From IMG/VR virus record IMGVR_UViG_3300025846_000001, positions 1 to 52,218 of that record: 52,218 bases of DNA, one strand, 5' to 3'. This stretch comes from a virus. Taxonomy: Duplodnaviria > Caudoviricetes. Under the pieces are notes generated by a model. The model searched no databases. It saw nothing but the letters and a program-made list of their open reading frames with translations, and was not told the origin of the DNA. The translations under genes and the position numbers were made by a program. Below are positions 25,862 to 35,007 of the stretch, piece after piece (the first letter of the stretch is position 1; the number at the start of each line of letters is the position of its first letter).

Positions 25862-26470
25862 TTAAGTTAAATTATATCCTCCAACTCTCTTAACTGTTCC
25901 TTGCCAGTCGTGGATAATAAATATTTTATTCTTATTGCGAAAGTCATTAGTTACCCATGGCTCATGTTGAAGTAAACTTTTATCAACTACTTTCATGGCT
26001 TCGATCATCGGGGCTCCGTGTTTTATTGGTAATGGGTACCTTAAAGCGACCTTTCGATTGATAAGTGCACATGCCGGATGCAGATAGCTTATCCCATGCG
26101 TGGAGTTAAATCCTTTATCATTAATTATCTGAACGTCACCGATACCATAACTCTCAGGTCTTAATTTACTTTGTAAATCTTCAACGAATCCCGGATGCAG
26201 GACAATAAGATCAGAGTCTAATAAAAGAATCTGTTCAGTCTTTAAATACTTTATTCCATAAGCTAATCCGGGGCCATGATGAATATTGTAATCAAAATGA
26301 TGAATCTCTACATCATATTTTTCTGTAAAAAGTTCTATCTTCTTATAATTCGATTCCCCAGAACCGTCAACAACCAGAAATGGCATATCATAGAACTGAC
26401 GAAATGAAATAAGTAACCGTTCAAGAAAATCGGGTGTATTGTAATTGACCGTTAGTGCTGAAATTTTCAT
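25862..26470 (-). CDS. Glycosyltransferase family 2 (GT-A)
   Basis: VNYNTPDFL, VVDGS, NIHHGPG, LLLDSD. Confidence 0.85.
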   Translation of the reverse strand: MKISALTVNYNTPDFLERLLISFRQFYDMPFLVVDGSGESNYKKIELFTEKYDVEIHHFDYNIHHGPGLAYGIKYLKTEQILLLDSDLIVLHPGFVEDLQSKLRPESYGIGDVQIINDKGFNSTHGISYLHPACALINRKVALRYPLPIKHGAPMIEAMKVVDKSLLQHEPWVTNDFRNKNKIFIIHDWQGTVKRVGGYNLT

Positions 26471-26688
26471 TTATTAAGTATTGATTCAAATATTTCAATG
26501 TTCTTTTGACAATTCCTACAAAGAAAACTTTGTACACCCAAATAAAATGTAAGGGACTCCCCTTCATTACTTATCCAATAACCAATAAAATGCGATTCAG
26601 CAAAACGCAATGGAGTATAAGTAGATTCCTGATCAACTCCTAAGTCTTGAAGTTCTGTATTTACTATTTCAATCTTAACCTCTTTCAT
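26467..26688 (-). CDS. Hypothetical protein
   Basis: Probable start at MKEVK, overlapping the upstream stop. Confidence 0.5.
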   Translation of the reverse strand: MKEVKIEIVNTELQDLGVDQESTYTPLRFAESHFIGYWISNEGESLTFYLGVQSFLCRNCQKNIEIFESILNK

Positions 26689-27290
26689 ATATCCCATCCT
26701 CCTGCTGCTAAAGGTGCATGACAAACATAATATTCCGGTGTTTCGATCTTTGCATTATTCGGAAAATTCCTGAGTTTCTGATTGAAATAGAAATCATGTG
26801 AGTAACCTGGTCTATCCCATTTAAGATTCAACTTACGTGCATGACAGACGTTTGACGTTCCACAACCACCAAGCAATCGAATATTACAAGCCCGCTCAAC
26901 CCAGTCCCCTTTATAAATAAAGTCATTATAATAAACCCAGTCATATTTATTTAGATTTCTATTAATGATCGCTAAGTGATTCGGGCCCCAATAGTCATCC
27001 GCATCAATGTAAATAATGTAATCACCCTTTGCTTCCGTTATCCCGGTATTACGAGGCAAGTTATCGAATGCCTGTCTATGTTCACATTCAAGTAATCGTA
27101 TTCTTTCATCTGTAAACTTTGCAATTATGTCTTTAGTTTGTTGGCATCCATCAGCAATAACTATCAATTCAAAGTCAGTAAAAGATTGATCGAGTACTGA
27201 TTGAACACTTCTGACAAGTTTCTGATCCATAAATTGAGCGCAATTCTGATAAGGAATTAATCTGCTTGGAGTTATTATGCTAAATCTCAT
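26685..27290 (-). CDS. Glycosyltransferase family 2 (GT-A)
   Basis: SVLDQSFTDFELIVIADG, RNTGITEAKGDYIIYIDADD. Confidence 0.92.
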   Translation of the reverse strand: MRFSIITPSRLIPYQNCAQFMDQKLVRSVQSVLDQSFTDFELIVIADGCQQTKDIIAKFTDERIRLLECEHRQAFDNLPRNTGITEAKGDYIIYIDADDYWGPNHLAIINRNLNKYDWVYYNDFIYKGDWVERACNIRLLGGCGTSNVCHARKLNLKWDRPGYSHDFYFNQKLRNFPNNAKIETPEYYVCHAPLAAGGWDI

Positions 27291-28291
27291 CTTATTTCTT
27301 CAATATTACCAACCTGTGCCGTAAATGTTCCACTTGAACAAATCACTGTTAAATTTATATACCAAGTCCCTGATATTGCTATTGCAGGAGTAGTTGGTGC
27401 GGCTATGGTTGTTGGTAGTTGAACTGCCCCGGCATACCCAACTCCTTCAGCTTTAATGGTAGTTGCTGACCGAATAGTTATTAATACGTCAAATCCTGCC
27501 CTTGCATTTGCAGCCTGAGCAGCAGAAGTAACAGCCGTCCAGTCAATAGTATCAGCGATTGTCCCTAAGTTTCCGCATCTTACTTTAAAAATTAATGTAC
27601 CCGTGCTTGATGAATTGCCAATTATCCATACCCGGAATGTTGACCCGACAATAGCCCTCCCTGATGGTATTTGTAACTGAAGTAAAACCTTTTCAGTTGT
27701 ACCAGAAGTAACCACTGGCGCGAGTAAGTTAGTAAATAGTCTAACATCTGGGATGGAGGGTTTATTTGATATATTAGTATTCCAATCAGCTCCGACCGTT
27801 GCGCTTGCAGATGCATGTGCGACCTGAGAATGATCATAAGCAGTCTTGCCCTTGTCGCCATAATACGCATTTGTTGAAAGTTCTCCAAGTGCTAAACTAC
27901 CTCCTCCTGCATGAGTATGCGAGGTTAATTCACCTGTTAATTTCGCTTCAATCTCTGCTTTAGTAATATCTGCATTAATCTGAGCTGTTGCGGGTGCATG
28001 TGTACTTCCTGCATGAGAAACAGCACCATCATAATTTGTCTTTAATGCGGATGTAAGATCATTTGCACTCAATCCCTTGCCAGATTCTTTTGGTTGTAAC
28101 TCGGATAAGTCCTGATTATCGCTACCTGAAGCATGATCTGTAGAATTGGAATGTTTCTTTGTTATCACATCCGCAATAGATGTATCTGCTTTTATTTGAT
28201 CAATTGTCAGTCCTCCTGTTGGCGGATGATCAGTCAGGTAATCAGTAATAGCCACACTTAGATCGAGAGGGTCTTTACTTGCGTAACTCAT
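27287..28291 (-). CDS. Fibre-like virion protein (head or tail fibre)
   Basis: GKGLSANDLT, LGELSTNAYYGDKGKTAYDHSQ and DWNTNISNKP are motifs typical of phage fibres; Ser/Thr-rich. Confidence 0.65.
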   Translation of the reverse strand: MSYASKDPLDLSVAITDYLTDHPPTGGLTIDQIKADTSIADVITKKHSNSTDHASGSDNQDLSELQPKESGKGLSANDLTSALKTNYDGAVSHAGSTHAPATAQINADITKAEIEAKLTGELTSHTHAGGGSLALGELSTNAYYGDKGKTAYDHSQVAHASASATVGADWNTNISNKPSIPDVRLFTNLLAPVVTSGTTEKVLLQLQIPSGRAIVGSTFRVWIIGNSSSTGTLIFKVRCGNLGTIADTIDWTAVTSAAQAANARAGFDVLITIRSATTIKAEGVGYAGAVQLPTTIAAPTTPAIAISGTWYINLTVICSSGTFTAQVGNIEEIR

Positions 28292-30030
28292 TGATTCGGA
28301 TTTTGAAATGGATTAACAACCGGCTCAGGTATTTCCGCTTTCATCAGCTCAATATATTCCTGAGTCTTAAGTTTAACCTTTTCCCTGATTAACTTAAAAT
28401 TCATATTGTAAAGATCAGGCACCTCAAGTTCTATCTCATTAAAGATCGATTCAAGATTAGCCCAGAGAGTGGCATTATATTCTGTTGTTAATCCCTGACT
28501 TATCAAAAGTCTTGTCGTGGCTTCCGGGTAACCTCTAAAGGGATTCATCAAGGATTTAATCTGTATCTTCTTTAAGTCCCCCGGACGGTCCGAGTAAAGG
28601 ATTTCATTTATGTCATCTTCAATAGCTGAAATGGTTGAAGTGGAAGCCCCTGCATCTTTAGCGACCTTCAATTCATTCATCAATTCGACAAGTGATTTGA
28701 ATTTAAAGTCATTAGGGAATTTATGATGAACAATTAATCCCTCGCCTAAATCGGTAAAAGTAGCTATGTCTTGAACTACAAACTCCCAAAGCGAAGAGTA
28801 ATTCCGTGCAAAAGGGTAAAGAGTATCATTCATATTATCCGCTCCGAAATTCTTTTCCGTTGCCGTTACTGCTGTGGCAACTTCTGATCGAGTGGCTATC
28901 TCATTATTGAACATCATAGTATGAACCAAGATACGAAGATCATTGATATAATCTTTATTAAAAGATAGTAACTCAATAGGTGGGGTCTTATAGACTAACA
29001 TCTTTTCAAGGTCAATCATATCAACAGGATTCCTTGGAATGGTAAGCGTGATCACATCCTTTACCCCTGAATGAAGTGGCTGTTGTCCTGTTCCGTTACA
29101 ATTCTTACAAATAGTATGCCCATCAAGAAGAATCCCTGCATTACAGTCTTTATTAGAACACTTATCAACATAGGCAAACCTCTGAGGAAATGCTGTCATT
29201 GCTGTACTTAAATCCAACTCTGAATCAGTTTTCATTAGCTTTTCAAGTAAAAGTATTACCGGATGAAATACTGAAACAAATGTCCGTCCTTTTGTTTCTG
29301 CATCACGAATAAATCCAAACCTTTGAGCTGGCACTTTCTTTGCTCCGGGTTGAAACTCCTGATATTCGTAAAATAGACTATTAATTTCAATCCCCAAAGC
29401 GGCCTGAGTCATCTGGATGGTATCAGGACCTAAGTACATGGTAAACTTAAAACCATCTGTCTTTACTTCGTCACGCATAAACTTAATCGGTAACTTAACG
29501 ATAAGATATTGCAGATTCTCATTCTTAAACTCAAACATTATCGCATCGGTTGACGTTGCAATGAAAGGATAAGGACTGGCCTTCTCTACATTCGGATCAA
29601 AGGAATCAAACTCTGTAATCAAAAAAGCGTTTGGATCAATATAGTTATAATCAATGATAGAATATTCCAGATACTCTTCCAGTGACTTCTCACCCCAGAA
29701 ATGACTAATAAACTCTTCAAGTTCAAGAGTCTTATCACCAGTCTTGTAAATCAATTCTCTCAATAGGGGTGTTTTCCTTAATGCTTTCTGAAACGGAAGC
29801 TGTGTCGAGTTAAGAATCGAAGGAACAACCGACTTTGATATATTCTCACGCTGTTCAAACTCCTCCTTTGTTTCGCGGGTTACTATCTTCTCAAGTAAGT
29901 CGGTTATGTCATCACCGGTTTTCATCTTGTAATATTTATCCGCTAATTCAGTGACTCTTTTATAGTCCTGATGATAAATCTCATCTTTAATTACTTTCTT
30001 CAGTAATTCAAATCCCGTCTCTTTATCCAT
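28288..30030 (-). CDS. Portal protein with a DnaJ-like Zn-finger insertion
   Basis: 580 aa directly after terL; CSNKDCNAG...CKNCNGTG insert. Confidence 0.8.
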   Translation of the reverse strand: MDKETGFELLKKVIKDEIYHQDYKRVTELADKYYKMKTGDDITDLLEKIVTRETKEEFEQRENISKSVVPSILNSTQLPFQKALRKTPLLRELIYKTGDKTLELEEFISHFWGEKSLEEYLEYSIIDYNYIDPNAFLITEFDSFDPNVEKASPYPFIATSTDAIMFEFKNENLQYLIVKLPIKFMRDEVKTDGFKFTMYLGPDTIQMTQAALGIEINSLFYEYQEFQPGAKKVPAQRFGFIRDAETKGRTFVSVFHPVILLLEKLMKTDSELDLSTAMTAFPQRFAYVDKCSNKDCNAGILLDGHTICKNCNGTGQQPLHSGVKDVITLTIPRNPVDMIDLEKMLVYKTPPIELLSFNKDYINDLRILVHTMMFNNEIATRSEVATAVTATEKNFGADNMNDTLYPFARNYSSLWEFVVQDIATFTDLGEGLIVHHKFPNDFKFKSLVELMNELKVAKDAGASTSTISAIEDDINEILYSDRPGDLKKIQIKSLMNPFRGYPEATTRLLISQGLTTEYNATLWANLESIFNEIELEVPDLYNMNFKLIREKVKLKTQEYIELMKAEIPEPVVNPFQNPNQ

Positions 30031-30106
30031 TTCAATTAATATTTATTATTTTCACTCCTATCGTTTTGCATTATCGTAAGTAAGCAAACCTTTTCGCTTA
30101 ATATTA

Positions 30107-32560
30107 TTAACCATTATAATAGTTTTTAAATAATTCGACTAATTGATATTCGCAATTATGTACTAAAATACCATTTGCAAAGTATTCATGTTCTGATTCA
30201 ACTGTAATATCATAGACATTTCTTTTTTCGCCCTCCTTTATTCTCCACACATGCATGAGAACAGAACTTATTTTTACTCCATTTATTAATTGAAAATATA
30301 TTCCCGCATTTTTGACATATTCTATCTTCGTGATATTTCTTCGCAGCTCTGTCTTTTCTTGCTTGATATTTGAGCTGACATTTTCTTGAACAATGTTTTG
30401 GTTTTCTCCTGAGATTAGATTTAAATTCCGTACCGCAATCAATACATTTTGTAATATATTCTTCTGTATATATAAGTTTAGCAGTGTTTTGCTCATGCCA
30501 CTGCTTCCCTGTTTCGGATTTGTGCCACTTAACTGCTTCCGGAATAGCCAATTCGATAAGTTTTTTAGTATTGGCATCTTTATATTCCTTTGATGAGATT
30601 TTGTAATGATGACTGATATGCTTTCCCTGAAGCATAATCTCATAATTTGAAACTTCGTTATTATTAAAATTAGTATCAGAATGATGTACTGAAAAACCCT
30701 TTGGAATAATCCCGACTTCTTTTGTGTATTTGTGAATATGGAGGCTTTTTTTACGCCAGATTCCATTTTCTTTAACCCATCCTTTATAGTAGTTTCTGTC
30801 TGATGCTTTCTTTGCATTTGGGTATCTATGAAACTTAAACCCATCATAAATAATAGTTTGTCTTTCCATGTTTGTTTTTCTTCAAAGATAGCTATAATAT
30901 TCTTATCTATCAATGTTGATACCATAGAAAAACTGCCATTGTCGTATATTTTATGATCAGGCGTGCAAGTTATTTCTTTATCACCTATCCTGTATGTTTC
31001 AACTGCTTTGATACCATTATTTTTTACCGCCGTAATTCGTTTATACCCATTACGTGTTAAAACATTATCACCTACTTTTAAATTCCTGATATATTGAGCG
31101 CCCCTATCAGTACTTATTAAAGTTTCAGCCACGAAACACAAATCCCCAAAATGCCCATATTTCTGATATTTCTCCCCGGAATCTTTATCAGTAACTATAT
31201 GCTTATCTTTACCTCCGTCAAGAGCCTGCTTAGTGTACATCATGTCAGCTATCATCTTTTTACAACTCTCGTCAAAGCAAATCCTGATCGGTAATTTGTT
31301 TTCTAAGATCAGATTAATAAAGTCCCTGCGCTTAACAATAGAAGGATTACTAAATAGCGTTCGATCAGATCCGTTATTTAAGTATCTCCTTAACTTAAAA
31401 TCAATTATCTCATAATGGTGTTTAAAGTCTTTATTCATCGTTGTCCGATTGTGCCCGGAAGCATCACCGTAATAGTAAAGCCCTGAATTATGATTCGGGT
31501 AACGCATCATGAACTCCTCACATACCTCTTCCGTGGAATTACGAGGGTTCTCCAGGGCTATCTCATCAATAAAGATACATTCCCATAAGTCTCCATTACG
31601 TTTAACCTGCGATATGCCACATGAGTTATAAGGTACAGTATTTTGGTCAAAGCTTAAATGAAGCGGAAGTAACGGATCGTATCTGAAATTTCCTACATGA
31701 GTCAATCGATTAAAAGATGAATAAAACTCTCCCCCCGAAACCGCAAAAGGGTTAGCAAATACCAATGCGCGACCTCGTTCCTCTGTATTATTCTGTAAGA
31801 TATTATTAATGTAGTTAATACCTACATTATGAACATTATGATAAGTTGAAGAAATAACAACCTTTTTGTTATTAAACTCCTTTTCAAAAAAGGTTTTATC
31901 GGAATATATTTTAGATGCAATTTCATCTACATGCTGATCTAATTCAAAAAGTAAATTTAGCCAGTCAACGCGGGCCGGCGACGTAAGACAATAAAGCGGA
32001 TTCCATTGCTGGTCTACTCTCCCTGTATGGCTTACCTTGCCATCAACAACGAACATACCGGGTTGACGAAGCCTTGTTATTATAACCTCTTTAACTGCCT
32101 CCTCGCGAGTATCCTTAGTCTCGTCAAGCAGACAAAAACCGAACTCTTTTCCAGAATGACTCATGTAATTTTCAAGTGACCCTGTAAAGATTAATCCCCC
32201 ATTACAGAAGGATATTATATTATTGAATCTATCAAAATTGCGCTTGCATTTAAGCCACTGTGGAGGCGGTTCTTTGCCCGACGCATATGTTCCCGATAGA
32301 TTATCCTTACTCCACTCCGTCACTCCTATACTTGCCCAGTATTCCCGTATCCTAAAGAGCGTGGCTGAGTTAAGTTGATCGAATGTGTTACTAAAGATTG
32401 CACCCCTTACTTCCGGGAACTGGTTGATAAAATTTATCGCAATCATCCCCCCTAAAAATGTTTTTCCGGATCCAGTACCTCCGAGAAATAAGTTATTATT
32501 CGCCGTACTGGAGAGTATAGCCATTTGCGGTTCTGATATTATTTGCTCAATTACTTCCAT
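30107..32560 (-). CDS. terL: Terminase large subunit (intein-containing; 489 aa after splicing)
   Basis: Walker A GGTGSGKT, Walker B LLDE, nuclease SFD and YGDASG; the C-terminal HxxD motif (GHFGDL|CEY) is split by the intein. Confidence 0.93.
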   Translation of the reverse strand: MEVIEQIISEPQMAILSSTANNNLFLGGTGSGKTFLGGMIAINFINQFPEVRGAIFSNTFDQLNSATLFRIREYWASIGVTEWSKDNLSGTYASGKEPPPQWLKCKRNFDRFNNIISFCNGGLIFTGSLENYMSHSGKEFGFCLLDETKDTREEAVKEVIITRLRQPGMFVVDGKVSHTGRVDQQWNPLYCLTSPARVDWLNLLFELDQHVDEIASKIYSDKTFFEKEFNNKKVVISSTYHNVHNVGINYINNILQNNTEERGRALVFANPFAVSGGEFYSSFNRLTHVGNFRYDPLLPLHLSFDQNTVPYNSCGISQVKRNGDLWECIFIDEIALENPRNSTEEVCEEFMMRYPNHNSGLYYYGDASGHNRTTMNKDFKHHYEIIDFKLRRYLNNGSDRTLFSNPSIVKRRDFINLILENKLPIRICFDESCKKMIADMMYTKQALDGGKDKHIVTDKDSGEKYQKYGHFGDLCFVAETLISTDRGAQYIRNLKVGDNVLTRNGYKRITAVKNNGIKAVETYRIGDKEITCTPDHKIYDNGSFSMVSTLIDKNIIAIFEEKQTWKDKLLFMMGLSFIDTQMQRKHQTETTIKDGLKKMESGVKKASIFTNTQKKSGLFQRVFQYIILILILIITKFQIMRLCFRESISVIITKSHQRNIKMPILKNLSNWLFRKQLSGTNPKQGSSGMSKTLLNLYIQKNILQNVLIAVRNLNLISGENQNIVQENVSSNIKQEKTELRRNITKIEYVKNAGIYFQLINGVKISSVLMHVWRIKEGEKRNVYDITVESEHEYFANGILVHNCEYQLVELFKNYYNG
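30155..31138 (-). mobile_element. Class 1 intein, 328 aa (TerL residues 475-802)
   Basis: Block A CFVAETLI, block B TPDH, blocks F/G VYDITVESEHEYFANGILVHN, and a +1 Cys. Confidence 0.95.
30210..30869 (-). CDS. HNH homing endonuclease with two C4 zinc ribbons, encoded in the -1 frame inside the intein
   Basis: VHHSDTNFNNNEVSNY...H motif; CIDCG...CSRKC and CQKCG...CSHAC; A-rich start context. Confidence 0.88.
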   Translation of the reverse strand: MERQTIIYDGFKFHRYPNAKKASDRNYYKGWVKENGIWRKKSLHIHKYTKEVGIIPKGFSVHHSDTNFNNNEVSNYEIMLQGKHISHHYKISSKEYKDANTKKLIELAIPEAVKWHKSETGKQWHEQNTAKLIYTEEYITKCIDCGTEFKSNLRRKPKHCSRKCQLKYQARKDRAAKKYHEDRICQKCGNIFSINKWSKNKFCSHACVENKGGRKKKCL

Positions 32561-33000
32561 TAATCCGCTGCACTTTCTTTAGTCATTATATTTATTGTCG
32601 GTAATTGCTGTATCTTTTCTCCGCCGCTCGTAACATCTAATTGATCGCCATATTTCTTAGGACGCAATTTTGCCAATAGCCATTTACGGGAATCAACTCT
32701 CAATCGATCCCTTTGAACAACTGCATTATCGACTACTTCCCTACCGTCTGGCAGTATTACTAAGTCATGTCCAACATTATCAGATATGCTAAGTATTTCA
32801 TCTGCCATCATATCAGCTCTATCATCAGTCGCGCGCGCGTACCTTTGCAACTTTTTTTCATCCTTCAAGAGATCATAAAAAGTATTTGCAGTCATTTTCC
32901 CTTTAACAGCTTGTAATAAAGATTTCCCATTGATAGCTATTTCATTGATAGCCTCATTAAATAGAATTTCTTTTTTTTCTTTTCCTTTTGGAGCTGCCAT
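32560..33000 (-). CDS. terS: Terminase small subunit (Sf6 gp1-like)
   Basis: YARA......ADEIL.I.D...VQRDRLRVDSRKWLLAKLRPKKYGD. Confidence 0.9.
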   Translation of the reverse strand: MAAPKGKEKKEILFNEAINEIAINGKSLLQAVKGKMTANTFYDLLKDEKKLQRYARATDDRADMMADEILSISDNVGHDLVILPDGREVVDNAVVQRDRLRVDSRKWLLAKLRPKKYGDQLDVTSGGEKIQQLPTINIMTKESAAD

Positions 33001-33278
33001 TATCTTTCCTTCTTCTCCCTGTTTATTCTTTTATACTTCTCCACCTGCTCAAATCGTCTTAATGATTTATCTTTGAACTCTTTAAACTTTGGAAACTTCT
33101 TTTTAGATGCTTTCATTCTGTTGTTATTTCCATATTGTAATAACCTAAATAATCCAGAGGGAATAATCCTTCTTCTATGTCTGCCTGAAAAATAAGTTTA
33201 GAATTTCCATCCCGAAAAAAATACTTATTACCTCGCCTGTAATAATATTGCATTTTTTTTATTATTGTTTCCATACTG

Positions 33279-33311
33279 CAAAATTAAACTATTTTATTCA
33301 ATATAACCAAA
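33279..33311 (-). promoter_or_regulatory. Promoter TTTG-N21-TAATTTTG upstream of the packaging operon
   Basis: Consensus -33 and -7 elements. Confidence 0.65.
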
Positions 33312-33767
33312 TTAAAATACAAACCCTATATTAACAGTCCCTTCACGCTTTATGAAATCTGCTCCAAAACCTACACTGAATCTATTTAATTGCACTCCTG
33401 TACTCAAATCAAATGAATAAGGATTATAAACCCTATCCGGCAGTTCAATAGTCTTTTCACCGTATTTGTGATAGCTTAACCCTATTGAAAAGTAATGAGT
33501 GATATTATCCAAATAGGAACTTGGAATGAATTTACTAATTCCGATAACTCCTTTGATATGGTCCTTTATAGTTTCTCTTTCGTCTAACCGGTAATTACCA
33601 TGACTAATTGAAGTATAGACTCCAAAGGTCTTTATCTGTCTGTCATATCTTAAGCCAAAGCCCAAGTCGGTAGGTTGGTGAATAAGTGAAATAGTATTCT
33701 TTTGACCAAATAAGGCCAATGGCATAAATAACAATATCAGAATTAGGATTTTCATATAGTTATCCAC
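33312..33767 (-). CDS. Small outer-membrane beta-barrel protein
   Basis: Signal peptide (MKILILILLFMPLALFG), alternating amphipathic strands, C-terminal Phe (VNIGFVF). Confidence 0.7.
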   Translation of the reverse strand: MDNYMKILILILLFMPLALFGQKNTISLIHQPTDLGFGLRYDRQIKTFGVYTSISHGNYRLDERETIKDHIKGVIGISKFIPSSYLDNITHYFSIGLSYHKYGEKTIELPDRVYNPYSFDLSTGVQLNRFSVGFGADFIKREGTVNIGFVF

Positions 33768-34474
33768 TCTTTACAATTAACATCATCCGTTTTTACAGGT
33801 AATCCAGGGAACCAATCCGATGGGAACACTGCTTTTGCTTTCGACAACCATGCGCCCCACCATCCAAAAGTGCTATTTGAACCTATAATATATTCAGCTT
33901 TTGTCAGTAAGTAAAAATCTTCTATCGGAGTGTTACTGGTATATTCAAAGTCTGGCCCTAATTTATCATAGGCTTGTTCTATATTATCGGTTACTACAAT
34001 CACTCTCCGGTCAGGCAAATGCTTTAAAGCGTTCATGTAATATTCTCTGGTCATGTTTGTAAATCCCATAGCAAGATATTGAGGTGCATAATTACGGCAA
34101 TGAACCAATATGCAATCCTTATAAGGCTCTACAAGTGGTTTTAAGGTAAAATAATGTCTTATAATATCCTCGCAATGTTCAAAATATTTCTCTGACTGCA
34201 TATAACCAAAAATGGAAGAATTGTCCGGAATATCAAAGCCTAAGAAGTTACCTTCCGGAATATCTACGGTAGTAAACAGCTGCTCTTTTACTTTTGGCAG
34301 GCTATTAACAAAATATTCATGGTTGTTCCACTGAGGGAATCCATACTCATAACCGTTCTTAACAGCTATCCCAATTGTTGATGCAATGAAAAATAGGATA
34401 TTACCAAAACTATTATCTCCTCTGACATCAGCCTTTGGCCTATTATTAAACCATTCACTTCTAAATGTTATCAT
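33752..34474 (-). CDS. GT11 (alpha-1,2-fucosyltransferase-like) glycosyltransferase
   Basis: GNILF, GYMQSEKYF, HCR (variant of HxRRxD), TDN, SNSTFGWWGAWL. Confidence 0.85.
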   Translation of the reverse strand: MITFRSEWFNNRPKADVRGDNSFGNILFFIASTIGIAVKNGYEYGFPQWNNHEYFVNSLPKVKEQLFTTVDIPEGNFLGFDIPDNSSIFGYMQSEKYFEHCEDIIRHYFTLKPLVEPYKDCILVHCRNYAPQYLAMGFTNMTREYYMNALKHLPDRRVIVVTDNIEQAYDKLGPDFEYTSNTPIEDFYLLTKAEYIIGSNSTFGWWGAWLSKAKAVFPSDWFPGLPVKTDDVNCKEWITI

Positions 34475-35007
34475 CTATTTAAGCATTTTGCAACAAGTAT
34501 ATCATTTGGAATAAAACCATCTTCAAGAGTAAAAACATAATCAGGATTGATCTCTAATATTTTCTTCATTAAATCCAGAGTATCAAATCCCCGCAGCTCC
34601 CTTATCCATCCTCTTAAATCATCAATCAGTATCGTATGAGTTTTTATTGGATGTCGTTTTATTGCTTCTAATTCCCGTAATAATGGAGTATTCTCTGGTC
34701 CTATAGCCGTATCCCCGCCTGAATAATGTCCATCAAGCCAGAATGTAATTTGCTCATTTTGCTCTTCCATTACTTCGAATAACTTTTCACCAGAGTCACC
34801 ACAAATACAATGAACAATTTCATTTTTTTCAAATCTATCGCAGCAATGAGTATAAAAGTTTCGGGATAATTCTATTGAATAAATCTTTTTAAATCCAGCA
34901 TCAATGGCCTGTTGTATCCCATCGCCTAAATATGATCCTGTCTCAATAAATACAGGATTTATATATTTTCGGAATAACTCTTTACAATGAATACTACTTG
35001 CCGACAT
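34471..35007 (-). CDS. Class I SAM-dependent methyltransferase-like protein
   Basis: FIETGSYLGDG, SIEL, GDS, FWLDGH, ILIDD. Confidence 0.75.
   Translation of the reverse strand: MSASSIHCKELFRKYINPVFIETGSYLGDGIQQAIDAGFKKIYSIELSRNFYTHCCDRFEKNEIVHCICGDSGEKLFEVMEEQNEQITFWLDGHYSGGDTAIGPENTPLLRELEAIKRHPIKTHTILIDDLRGWIRELRGFDTLDLMKKILEINPDYVFTLEDGFIPNDILVAKCLNR

Noticed and set aside
30870-30884. -1 ribosomal frameshift fusing the intein N-terminus to the HNH
   Set aside because: The HNH frame has a TGA five codons before its ATG, and the interval (GAA GAA AAA CAA ACA) lacks an XXXYYYZ heptamer. Independent initiation is simpler, though slippage is not excluded.
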